Source of the DNA: an uncultured Fibrobacteria bacterium
Lineage (GTDB): Bacteria > Fibrobacterota > Fibrobacteria > UBA11236
Length of the DNA: 64,000 nt
Direction of reading: 5' to 3'
Assembly: GCA_963716395.1 (NCBI GenBank)
Contig: OY970309.1
Location: 1,536,001-1,600,000, forward strand
Shown here: positions 28,181 to 37,198 of the stretch, in pieces
How the letters are laid out: every line of letters starts with the position of its first letter
How positions within the stretch are numbered: the stretch's first letter is position 1
Notes under the pieces: model-generated
What the model was told of the DNA's origin: nothing
The model's input: only the letters and a program-made list of their open reading frames with translations
Database searches by the model: none
Made by a program: the position numbers and the translations under genes

Positions 28181-30628
28181 ATGGCGCCGATTCCCTGGTC
28201 GCGAAGCTGCGCGGCCGCCGCGTTTCTGGCCGTGGCCCTGGCGGCCCAGACGTTGCCCGACATCCGTGACGCCTACGGCGTGGCCGTGGCCGACTTCGAC
28301 GGCGACGGCTTGCTCGACATTTACGTGGTGGGCTTCCGCACCTTGAACCGCCTGCTCATCAACAACGGTGACGGCACCTTCCACGATCGCTCCATCCCCT
28401 CGGGCGCGGGCGGCAATCTCATGCCCCTCGGCGATCTCAATCTCGAACTGGGCGCGACGGCCGTCGATTACGACAACGACGGCGCCGTGGATTTGCTGAT
28501 CGCGGGCTGGGGCGACGCCCTGGAACTGTTGCACAACCGCGGCGACGGCACCTTCGCCACCGTGACGCGCAAGGCGGGCCTGCGCCGCGACGTCGACGCC
28601 AACATGGCCGTGTTCGCCGATCTCGACCACGACGGATATCCCGACTTGCTGATCACCAACGAACATGGTCCCATGCGGCTGTACCGCAATGATCACGGCA
28701 CCCGCTTCGTTCCGATATCCCTGGAGCAGGCCGGGCTGGTCGCCGACAGCGGGTCGCAGGGCGCGGTGTTCGCCGACTTCGACAACGACGGGAAACTCGA
28801 TTTGGCCGTGACGGGCTGGGTGCATCCGCTGCGGCTGTATGAGCAGGTGGCGCCCTTTCGCTTCCGGGCCCTGCCCCTGCCCATGGAGATTCCGGCGGGC
28901 ACGCGCTGCAACAGCGTGGTGGCCGCCGACATCGACAATGACGGGGATTTGGATCTCATCGTGACCCGTCGCGGCGGACGCAGCTACTTGCTCGAGAACC
29001 AAAGCAATCCGCCGCTTACGGCCTCTTCGCCCGCCGATTGGAAGCCTGATCGCGGCCCGCCGCGTTTCATCGAGGCGGGGAAGAAGTGGGGTCTGCCTGA
29101 TTCGATGGATGCGTATTCGGCCACCTTGGCCGACTTCGACGGTGACGGCGATCTCGATTTGTTCCTCACGGCGCGCGGACAGAACCGCTATTTGGAAAAC
29201 GTCGGCGGCCGTTTCGTCGCAAGGCCGCTGCCCCGCGGCGGTTTGGAAGACACGCATGCGACCTACAGCACGGCCAGCCTGGCCGCCAATTTCGGGCCGG
29301 GAACCGGTCTGGATTTGTTCGTAGCCTCGCGCGACAGCGCCTGCGTATTGCAACCCAGCGGGATGACGCAAAACCCCTATTTACACGTGGTGCTGCACGG
29401 ACTCTATTCCGACCGCAACGCCCTCGGCGCCGCGGTGTCGCTGTGGCGGCGCGCGCCGGGCGACTCGGTGTGGCGCTTCCTGCAGATGCGCGAAGTGCAG
29501 GGCGGCGAAGGGTATCTCAGTTCCTACCTGGGTCCGATTCTGTTCGCCTTACCGTCGGGCCCCGGCGCGCTGCGGGTGCGGGCGGCTTTTCCCAGCGGCA
29601 AGGTGGTGGTGCGCGGCGTAGTATTGGGCCAGAAGACCTTGGAGGTGTGGGAAGGCGGCTTTTACGCGGGCGCCTATGTGCGCGGCCGCCAGATACTCAC
29701 GCGGCTCCTGCATGATCCCCGGCTGGTGCGCCGGCTGCTTGCGATTCTGGCCCTATTGGCCGCGGCCGCGGCGGGATTGCGTTGGCTGGTGCGGGGCATG
29801 GCGCACAACATCGCGCGGCGCCGCTATCTGGTGGAATTGGAATCCAAGAACAACGAGTTGCGGCGTTTGATCGAAGAAGTGCGGCGCACCCAGCAGCAGC
29901 TCATTCAAAGCGAAAAACTGGCGGCGCTGGGACAATTGGTGGCGGGCATCGCGCATGAGCTGAACAATCCCATCGGATTCATCTATGCCAACCTCCATCA
30001 AATCCAGGGCTATCTCGAAACCCTGGCGACGGCGGCGCCGACAGGCGAAGCGCGCGAGGCCTTGCTGCGCAAGGCGCGGGCCGCCTTGGAAGAAAGCCAG
30101 GAAGGGTCCAAACGCGTGCGCGACATCGTGCAGAACCTGCGCGGCATTGCGCGCGCCGAGGCGCCGGGCCGCCCGGGCGCGCTCGATAAGCAGCCGCAAG
30201 ACGTGAACCGGCTGTTGGAGAAAAGTCTGTCCTTGGCGCAAACCACCTTCAGCAAAAATTTGCGCATCGAAAAAAATTACGCCGAACTGCCGGCCGTAGC
30301 CTGCGACGCCACCAAAATCCAGCAGGTGTTCCTGAACATTCTGGTAAATGCCGGGCAGGCCATGGGCGAAAGCGGCACCTTGCGTTTGCGCACCTGGCGC
30401 GACGGCGGCTTCGCCGGGATCTCCCTGGCCGACACCGGCCCCGGCATCGCGCCCGAGCATCAGGCGCGGCTGTTCGAACCGTTCTTCACCACCAAGCCTG
30501 TGGGCCAGGGCTTGGGTCTGGGTCTGCACATCAGCTACGACATCGTACGCGCCCACGGCGGAACCCTGGAAGTCGCAAGCGAACCCGGGCGCGGAGCCGA
30601 GTTCATCGTGCGGCTGCCGGTGGCATGA
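28181..30628 (+). CDS. FG-GAP/ASPIC-UnbV repeat sensor histidine kinase
   Basis: Signal peptide, repeated DxDxDGxxD motifs, UnbV-like NALGA..GGEGYLS..PSG segment, TM helix, then SEKLAALGQLVAGIAHELNNP, QVFLNILVNA, DTGPGI, FEPFFTTK, GLGL. Confidence 0.88.
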   Translation: MAPIPWSRSCAAAAFLAVALAAQTLPDIRDAYGVAVADFDGDGLLDIYVVGFRTLNRLLINNGDGTFHDRSIPSGAGGNLMPLGDLNLELGATAVDYDNDGAVDLLIAGWGDALELLHNRGDGTFATVTRKAGLRRDVDANMAVFADLDHDGYPDLLITNEHGPMRLYRNDHGTRFVPISLEQAGLVADSGSQGAVFADFDNDGKLDLAVTGWVHPLRLYEQVAPFRFRALPLPMEIPAGTRCNSVVAADIDNDGDLDLIVTRRGGRSYLLENQSNPPLTASSPADWKPDRGPPRFIEAGKKWGLPDSMDAYSATLADFDGDGDLDLFLTARGQNRYLENVGGRFVARPLPRGGLEDTHATYSTASLAANFGPGTGLDLFVASRDSACVLQPSGMTQNPYLHVVLHGLYSDRNALGAAVSLWRRAPGDSVWRFLQMREVQGGEGYLSSYLGPILFALPSGPGALRVRAAFPSGKVVVRGVVLGQKTLEVWEGGFYAGAYVRGRQILTRLLHDPRLVRRLLAILALLAAAAAGLRWLVRGMAHNIARRRYLVELESKNNELRRLIEEVRRTQQQLIQSEKLAALGQLVAGIAHELNNPIGFIYANLHQIQGYLETLATAAPTGEAREALLRKARAALEESQEGSKRVRDIVQNLRGIARAEAPGRPGALDKQPQDVNRLLEKSLSLAQTTFSKNLRIEKNYAELPAVACDATKIQQVFLNILVNAGQAMGESGTLRLRTWRDGGFAGISLADTGPGIAPEHQARLFEPFFTTKPVGQGLGLGLHISYDIVRAHGGTLEVASEPGRGAEFIVRLPVA

Positions 30629-30718
30629 TCGGCGGCAGCACTCCGGATTCCGGGGGGAAAAAATGCTATAACGGGGATCGCCGCCGCTACGGAGAGCGGC
30701 GGCGAAACCATCGGAACC

Positions 30719-31555
30719 ATGCCGAACCTGGGCGACTATTTCCGCCATCTGCCGACTTTGGAAACCGAACGCCTGGTGTTGCGCCCGGTGCGGAAAACCG
30801 ATTGGCAGGACATGTGGGAATACGCGCATGATCCGAAAGTCTCCGCGCTGACCACGGGTGAATACCACCACGACCTCGACGCGACGCACGCCTATATCGA
30901 TCGCGTCCTCGATCATTACGCCGCGGGTCAGGTGGAAAACTGGGGATTGGAGTTGAAGGCCACGCACGCCTTCGTCGGCATGGCCGGATTCAGCGACGCC
31001 AGCGCCGAACACCGCGTGGGCGAAATCGGCTATGTGCTGTCGTCGCGCCACTGGAATCAGGGGCTTACCACCGAAGCCATTCGCGCCGTACTGGATCAGG
31101 GGTTTTCGGCGTTGGGTCTGGAAAAAATTTTCGCCCGCTTCCTTTCCGAAAACATCGCCTCGCGCCGGATTCTGGAAAAACTGGGCTTTCGCAAAGAAGC
31201 CCATCTGCGCAGCCAATTCGTCAAAGACGGCCTCGCGCGCGACGTCGAGATCTACGGCATGTTGAAAGACGAAATGCCCGGCCGGGGCACGTTGTTGATG
31301 GAATTGCTGGCGATGCTGGGCGCCGACGAACTCGAAGTCTTTCACGAAGTCTTGCAGGGGCTTATCGACCGCGGCGGCCGCATCGAATCCGTTTCCGCCG
31401 CTGCGCTGGCCAAGTCGGGCAAACCGGGTTTGGCGAACAACCTGCTGATTCGCAAGCTATCCAAGCGGGGCGTGTTGCAACCCGTCAAGGGCCGGCGCGG
31501 CTGTTATGCCCTGACGCCCGCCTGGAGCGATTTGGCGAAAACCGCGGCGGAGTGA
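30719..31555 (+). CDS. RimJ/RimL-family GNAT acetyltransferase with C-terminal winged-helix-like extension
   Basis: LETERLVLR, GEIGYVL..WNQGL.TEA, NIASRRILEKLGF, plus ~90 extra C-terminal residues. Confidence 0.82.
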   Translation: MPNLGDYFRHLPTLETERLVLRPVRKTDWQDMWEYAHDPKVSALTTGEYHHDLDATHAYIDRVLDHYAAGQVENWGLELKATHAFVGMAGFSDASAEHRVGEIGYVLSSRHWNQGLTTEAIRAVLDQGFSALGLEKIFARFLSENIASRRILEKLGFRKEAHLRSQFVKDGLARDVEIYGMLKDEMPGRGTLLMELLAMLGADELEVFHEVLQGLIDRGGRIESVSAAALAKSGKPGLANNLLIRKLSKRGVLQPVKGRRGCYALTPAWSDLAKTAAE

Positions 31556-31670
31556 ATCGCAGCCTTAAAAGTCCCTGCTGCAGGGCTGGCCGTAAACATC
31601 CATGCCGCCTTCGTTCGCGGGAAAGCCGGCTGCGGCTTGGGATTTCGCAGCTTGTTCGGCCGCGAAATTG

Positions 31671-31690
31671 ATGTTAGTTTAAACTAACAT
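31671..31690. promoter_or_regulatory. Perfect 20-bp palindrome, probable TetR operator
   Basis: ATGTTAGTTTAAACTAACAT, overlapping the tetR ATG at 31689. Confidence 0.75.
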
Positions 31691-32279
31691 GAAATTGCGT
31701 CGGGCTTACGTGCTGCGATCCCGTGCGGTGTCGGCGCAAACCACCCGCCGATCCATCCTGGAGGCGGGGGTGTCGGAACTGCGGGCCCGGCGCGTCTCCG
31801 ATGTTCGCCTCGAAGACATCGCCGCCCGCGCCGGGGTTACCGTGCAGACCATCCTGCGGATCTTCGGAACGAAAGCGCGGCTGGTCGAGACCGTCTGGGA
31901 CAGGGAAAGGGATCGCATCCTCGCTCAGCGCCATACGGCCGCGCCCGGAGATCTCCCCGGTTCCATCCGGGCGCTTTTCGATCACTACGAGGAGATGGGC
32001 GATCTCGTCATCCATAACCTCGCCGAGGAGGCCCACCTTCCCGACATGAAGGCCTGGCTCATGCGCGGACGGAAGGCGCATCGGCGATCGATGCAACGCC
32101 AGTTCGCCCCGTTTCTCGCGCAGCGCGGGGCCGGCGAGCGAAGAATGCGGGTCGATTGCCTGGTCGCCGCCTGCGACGTCTACACCTGGAAATTGTTGCG
32201 GCGGGACTTGGGCCGAACGCGGAGGGAAGCGGAAAATGTCGTTCTCAAAATGGTGTCCGCAATCTTGGGAGGTAACTAG
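31689..32279 (+). CDS. TetR/AcrR family regulator
   Basis: TRRSILEA...LEDIAARAGVTVQTILRIFGTK HTH. Confidence 0.88.
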   Translation: MKLRRAYVLRSRAVSAQTTRRSILEAGVSELRARRVSDVRLEDIAARAGVTVQTILRIFGTKARLVETVWDRERDRILAQRHTAAPGDLPGSIRALFDHYEEMGDLVIHNLAEEAHLPDMKAWLMRGRKAHRRSMQRQFAPFLAQRGAGERRMRVDCLVAACDVYTWKLLRRDLGRTRREAENVVLKMVSAILGGN

Positions 32280-33434
32280 ATGGCTCTTTTTGCCTTTGTG
32301 ACTTGGGATGGCGGGGGAAACGTGGGACCGGCGCTCGGCATCGCCCGCGCTCTAACGATACGCGGACACGAATGTCGCTTCATCGGTTATGCCGTGCAGC
32401 GTGACCGCATCGAGGCGCAGGGGTTCCGCTTCAGCGCGCTGGACCGCGGCAGAAACTTTGAAGTCCGCCGCCTGGCCCCCGCCGATCGCACTCCGGCGTT
32501 GGTCAAAAATGTGTGGGCTTGCCCGGAACATTTCACAGAACTTTCCCAGGCGCTCGCCGAGACTCCGGCCGATCTGCTGGTGGTCGACTTCATGCTGCAG
32601 GGCGCCCTGGCCTGGGGCAGGCGTACGGCGACGCCGATGGCGGTCCTCGTCCATTCCGCCTTGGCCGGGCTGGTTCCACCGCCGGATTCGCCGATGGGCG
32701 CCGCCGTGCTGAGCGCCTCGAATAGCTTGCGCGGGCTAGCCGGGCTCGCGCACATGGGTCGCCTGAATGAGGCCTGGGAAGGCCTGCCGACGCTGGTGAC
32801 CACGGTTCCGGATCTGGATCCGGCCAGTACCGGAAGGGGGCCGTCGGTGCACTATGTGGGCCCGATCGTCGAGCCGTTCTTGGGGCAGACCTGGGATTCT
32901 CCCTGGGAAAAGGGCGACGGCCGCCCCTTGGTCCTAGTCAGCTTCAGCACCACCCGGTTCTGGGATCAAGGGAGCCGCATCCGCAATTCTCTCGACGCCC
33001 TGGCGGGCGAAGCGGTGCGGGTTTTGATTACGACCTCGGAGGCCGTAGACGGAGTCGCCCTGCCACCAAATGCAGAGATCCGGTCTAACCTGCCCCACAC
33101 CTTGGTGCTTCCCATGGTCTCGCTCACCATAACCCACTGCGGTCATGGGACGGTTGCGGCTTCACTTGCGCATGGGGTGCCGCTGCTCGGGCTGCCGAAC
33201 AAAGTGGCCGACCAGCCTTTTTTCGCCGAGCGCGTGCGACAATTGGGCGCGGGCTTGGCCCTCGATGGAGAAGCCGAAGCGGGCGAAATTCGCAGCGCCG
33301 TAAGAGAGATTTTAGCCAACCCCGCCTATGCCACGGCCGCGCGCGGCCTCGCCAAGGCCATCCGTTCATCTCCTGGCGCCGCGGGTTCGGCTTTGTTGTT
33401 GGAAAATGCGATGCGCTCTGACAATACTCGATAA
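32280..33434 (+). CDS. GT1/MGT-family (UDP-)glycosyltransferase
   Basis: GGGNVGP N-terminus, VLVSFST, HCGHGTV..SL.HGVP, DQP motif. Confidence 0.85.
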   Translation: MALFAFVTWDGGGNVGPALGIARALTIRGHECRFIGYAVQRDRIEAQGFRFSALDRGRNFEVRRLAPADRTPALVKNVWACPEHFTELSQALAETPADLLVVDFMLQGALAWGRRTATPMAVLVHSALAGLVPPPDSPMGAAVLSASNSLRGLAGLAHMGRLNEAWEGLPTLVTTVPDLDPASTGRGPSVHYVGPIVEPFLGQTWDSPWEKGDGRPLVLVSFSTTRFWDQGSRIRNSLDALAGEAVRVLITTSEAVDGVALPPNAEIRSNLPHTLVLPMVSLTITHCGHGTVAASLAHGVPLLGLPNKVADQPFFAERVRQLGAGLALDGEAEAGEIRSAVREILANPAYATAARGLAKAIRSSPGAAGSALLLENAMRSDNTR

Positions 33435-33511
33435 CAGGGGGTATTCGGGGGGTTAACCCTCTCAAACCCGTTCGGCATGCGCTGCGGAAGTCTTACGAAA
33501 TAACGAAAAGA

Positions 33512-33588
33512 TGGGGTGAGCGACGGGACTTGAACCCGCGACCAGCGGAACCACAATCCGCTGCTCTACCAACTGAGCTACGCCCACC
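33512..33588 (-). tRNA. tRNA-His (GTG)
   Basis: Reverse strand (G)GTGGGCGTAGCTCAGTTGGTAGAGCAGCGGATTGTGGTTCCGCTGGTCGCGGGTTCAAGTCCCGTCGCTCACCCCA: anticodon GTG, G-1, encoded CCA. Confidence 0.97.
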
Positions 33589-33645
33589 GCGACGGCGAGC
33601 AAAATTAAATCGCGTTGGGAAATCGGTCCAGCCGCATTTCGCCGC

Positions 33646-33954
33646 TCAAACCGGCAATTTGTCCCGCGCCAGCGAAGCGACCGATCCGGAATGCAGGGGC
33701 ATGGGCGGAGGCAGCAGCTTGATCGTGAATTGATTGTCCCCGAATTTTTTCCCCTCGAAATACATGAAAACCGAAAAACCCAAAAGGAAAAAAGCGAAGG
33801 CGAACAAGAAACAGGTGCAACAGAGGCCCATACCGACCCATGCTATCACGCGGCGCGAGGCGGTGTCCAGGGAGGCGGGATAAAATGTCTCTTGGCCTCG
33901 CTCTCCGGTAAACCACGGCCCGGAGATCGTGATGGACTGCCGCAATTTTTTCAT
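33646..33954 (-). CDS. Small hypothetical membrane protein
   Basis: One long hydrophobic segment, plausible SD, fills the gap between the tRNA and the lipoprotein gene. Confidence 0.45.
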   Translation of the reverse strand: MKKLRQSITISGPWFTGERGQETFYPASLDTASRRVIAWVGMGLCCTCFLFAFAFFLLGFSVFMYFEGKKFGDNQFTIKLLPPPMPLHSGSVASLARDKLPV

Positions 33955-34020
33955 TTCCCGCCGACAGGATCAAACCTCCCAAGCTATCTTAAGTCCCGAC
34001 CGGGGGGTCGCGGAGGGGGC

Positions 34021-36078
34021 GTGGGCGGAACGGGCGGACGAAAGTTGGCGGCGGTGGGATTGGCCGCATTCGCGATTTTCGCCGGTTGCAATGTCTTCGA
34101 GCCTTTCGCCTCCAAAAGCGACGGCGCGCTGGATTACACGGGGTTGGTCATCCGCGGCAACGATGCGCTGGACGCGGGTAATTATGCGCAGGCCGAAAGC
34201 CTGTTCGCCGCGGCCCAACAAAAGAATCCCGCGGGCTCCGAAGCCTATCTCTTTCACGCCCAGGCCATCGTGGCCGAGTACCATCTCGACTTCAACCGTC
34301 TCCAAGACGAATTCGACTGCAAACGCAGCACGCGCAACACGGCCCGCTGCCTGGCGGAGAATATCGACACCACCGGCGTTCCGTTCATCCATCCCGGCGT
34401 GGAAGTCGAGAACATCGACAGCATCTACTATCCCATCGTCACGGCCGTCACGGATCTGAACCACATCATCCGCCTAAAAACCGACACCATCTACGAAGGC
34501 AACTATGCGCTGCCCCCCGACGGTGACACGGCGTCGGACGGCGTCGTCTCGCCGGGCGTGGCGCGCCTGGATTTGGGGCTGCTGCTGGCCGTCGACGGCG
34601 TGCTGGCGCCGCTCGATCTCGACGGCAACCACCACACCGATCGTCATTGCGGCGCAGCTATCACCAGCGATTCGCTGCGGTTGGCCGATTGCCCCGACGG
34701 CGATTCCAGCGAATCGGAGCGTCTGCATAATTTCATCAAGCTGACCCAGAATATCCACCTCGATAGCCTGAGCAGCGACGACGTGAATGCGCGCGACATT
34801 TCGGTCAATCCCAATGACATCAACGCCTTCATCACGTCCATCCAGGTTCCCATTTCCGGATCGGTGTACAATCTCGATTCGGTGACCCACAGCCTGCAAA
34901 ACCATAACGATACCGCTCTCACCGGCGAGATCCAGGGTGCGGTCGACAACGTCAACGATCTGAGCAATTTCCTGGGGTACATGCATTACAACGACGGCAT
35001 CGACGACGACTACGACGCCCAGGAGGTCGCCAATCCCACGCCCATGCGTTGGCACAACTTCGACCGCGATGCCGATCCCACGGGCGCGTACCAGAACCAC
35101 GGCATCCGCTACGATTATGACGATGGAATGGATTTCAACGTTTTTCCCTTGGGCTCCGGCGACATTGGGCATCCCATCCATCGCAATTTGCACCCCAACC
35201 TGTATCTGACTTTTTCCCAATGGGGAAAAGCTTTTCCCAAGCTCGCGGCCGACACATCGAAAAATTCGCGCTTCGCCCTGGAACGCAAGAAATGCCGCGA
35301 CATGGTGAACGCTTTGACCGCCAATGCCTGGGTGGCGGCGCATCTCGACACCCTGAACAAGACCTGCGATTCGGTTTCGACGGTTTTGCAGGCGACGGTG
35401 ACGCCTCCGCTCCACAGCGATTGGATCAGCGGAACCGCCGGCGTCGACGAAGAACTGATCGATAATTTCGACAACGATTACGACGGCATCAAGGACGAAG
35501 ACGGGCGCAACCTGGTGGGCTACGATGACGACGACGACGCCCTACTCGATGTGGGCATGATCGATTCGGTGAGCGCCGGGCACCCGCTGACCCCCATGCA
35601 ATGGCACGACGTGGCCGGCCATGCCAACCAATGCGCCGACATCGACACGACGCTGCCCATGGATCGCGGCACCACGCCCGCGGGCGTCACCGATGCCAAG
35701 GTGCTGTATCACTACCGGCGCATCAACTGCATCGGCACCCTGGAGAACCGTCTCTATTTCGAGCGCAACCACCCCGATTCGCTGGCGGTGTATTACAGCC
35801 CTTACCTCGACGCGGGCAATCCCAATCCTTTCCCGCCCGACTCCAACTGCGAAGACGATTACAACACGATGGATCCCACCTTTCGCACTTTGTGGGGTGC
35901 CACGCAAAGCGCGGTGGATTCGGCCTGCCATTACAAGCACATCTGGGTCGCCCCCATTCCTCCGCGTTCGGAATGGACGGGCGGGGTGTTCGGTATCGAC
36001 GAGGAAAAACTGGACGGCATAGATAACGACGGCGATGGCTGGATCGACGAAGATGTGGATGTCTCGACCACGAAATAG
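34021..36078 (+). CDS. Large Asp-rich lipoprotein with TPR-like N-terminus and putative Ca-binding motifs
   Basis: Lipobox-like FAGC; motifs DGIDDDYD, DNFDNDYDGIKDED, DGIDNDGDGWIDED; paired Cys. Start approximate. Confidence 0.7.
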   Translation: MGGTGGRKLAAVGLAAFAIFAGCNVFEPFASKSDGALDYTGLVIRGNDALDAGNYAQAESLFAAAQQKNPAGSEAYLFHAQAIVAEYHLDFNRLQDEFDCKRSTRNTARCLAENIDTTGVPFIHPGVEVENIDSIYYPIVTAVTDLNHIIRLKTDTIYEGNYALPPDGDTASDGVVSPGVARLDLGLLLAVDGVLAPLDLDGNHHTDRHCGAAITSDSLRLADCPDGDSSESERLHNFIKLTQNIHLDSLSSDDVNARDISVNPNDINAFITSIQVPISGSVYNLDSVTHSLQNHNDTALTGEIQGAVDNVNDLSNFLGYMHYNDGIDDDYDAQEVANPTPMRWHNFDRDADPTGAYQNHGIRYDYDDGMDFNVFPLGSGDIGHPIHRNLHPNLYLTFSQWGKAFPKLAADTSKNSRFALERKKCRDMVNALTANAWVAAHLDTLNKTCDSVSTVLQATVTPPLHSDWISGTAGVDEELIDNFDNDYDGIKDEDGRNLVGYDDDDDALLDVGMIDSVSAGHPLTPMQWHDVAGHANQCADIDTTLPMDRGTTPAGVTDAKVLYHYRRINCIGTLENRLYFERNHPDSLAVYYSPYLDAGNPNPFPPDSNCEDDYNTMDPTFRTLWGATQSAVDSACHYKHIWVAPIPPRSEWTGGVFGIDEEKLDGIDNDGDGWIDEDVDVSTTK

Positions 36079-37198
36079 CCGCAAGGCAGCGGACGGTGCG
36101 GTGGGTCTGGCCGCCCTGCTCCTGGCCGCCTCGGCGGGCCTCTGCGAACTCGGGCCGCAATACCGCGGCTTTGAGGTCGACGGCATGGGACGCTCGGGCA
36201 CGGCCTCGATTTACGGCGTGCAATCGTTGTTCCTGAATCCGGCCGGATTGGCCGACTTGCAGGACGAGGAATTCGAGGCGTCGGCCGACTTGGGCTTAAA
36301 CAGCATTCTGCTCGATTATGCGAAATGGGCCGCGGACAATTACCAATACATCAATTCCATCGACTCGTTGTTGCAACACATGCAACCTATCCAGAATAAA
36401 TGGGCCCCGTTTTCCAACTCGCTGTTTATGCAGGGGCATTATCAGGATTTCGCCGTTTCGATGGTCGAAGACGTCCGCTACGATCTTTCGCTCAGCAAGG
36501 CGGTCATCACGCCGGTTCCCGGCGTGGGCATGCAGTCGGATTTGCAAATAGTGGCCGGACGCGGCTTTCGCGTGCGGCCCGATTGGACCGTGGGATTCAC
36601 GGTCAAGTATTTGGACCGCCTGCAATACAGCGACCGGCTGGTGGGAACCACCGACGAGGATTTCTACACCGTCAAGAACATACTGCAGCAGCCCGGCGGC
36701 ACGATTTCCGACAACCTGAGCAAGATCGGGGCGGCTTCCCAGGTGGCGCAAAGCGGCCAGGGTTTCGGGCTCAACCTTGGAGCACAGCATCAGTTGCCCT
36801 ACGGTTTCACGGTCGGCGCTTCGCTGCTCGACTTCCCCACTTTTTTCGACGGCGGATTCTTGGATCCGCAGTTGAATCTGGGCGGTTCTTACGTGCGCGA
36901 CTTTGAGATTCTCACCGGCCTGCACCACCGTGTGATTCTCAACTGCGACTGGCAAATGCCCTTCGCGGGCACGCCCTGGTTCAAGCAATGGAAGCTGGGC
37001 GCCGGCATCGAAGGCCGCCTGGGGGATCGCCTCGTGAGTTTAATCACGATTGGTTTGAACGATGGCTACCCCGCGTTCGGGCTCAAAGTGGGCTACATCG
37101 TGAATTTCTACTACCTGTTCACCGCCGAAGAAACCGGCACCTATCCCGGCCAGCGTGAATTGAGCTTCAACAAGCTGGGTCTCGACTTCGATTTTTAA
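36059..37198 (+). CDS. Outer-membrane beta-barrel (TraF_2/FadL-like)
   Basis: Signal peptide, GMG..SLFLNPAGL, alternating strands, terminal DFDF. Overlaps the lipoprotein stop. Confidence 0.68.
   Translation: MSRPRNSRKAADGAVGLAALLLAASAGLCELGPQYRGFEVDGMGRSGTASIYGVQSLFLNPAGLADLQDEEFEASADLGLNSILLDYAKWAADNYQYINSIDSLLQHMQPIQNKWAPFSNSLFMQGHYQDFAVSMVEDVRYDLSLSKAVITPVPGVGMQSDLQIVAGRGFRVRPDWTVGFTVKYLDRLQYSDRLVGTTDEDFYTVKNILQQPGGTISDNLSKIGAASQVAQSGQGFGLNLGAQHQLPYGFTVGASLLDFPTFFDGGFLDPQLNLGGSYVRDFEILTGLHHRVILNCDWQMPFAGTPWFKQWKLGAGIEGRLGDRLVSLITIGLNDGYPAFGLKVGYIVNFYYLFTAEETGTYPGQRELSFNKLGLDFDF

Noticed and set aside
31540-31670. attL/attR duplication of the tRNA-His 3' end
   Set aside because: No convincing copy of TGGGGTGAGCGACGGG was found by eye.
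36059-37198. Conjugative element implied by the TraF-like call
   Set aside because: No relaxase, coupling protein or T4SS genes nearby. Better read as a generic outer-membrane barrel.
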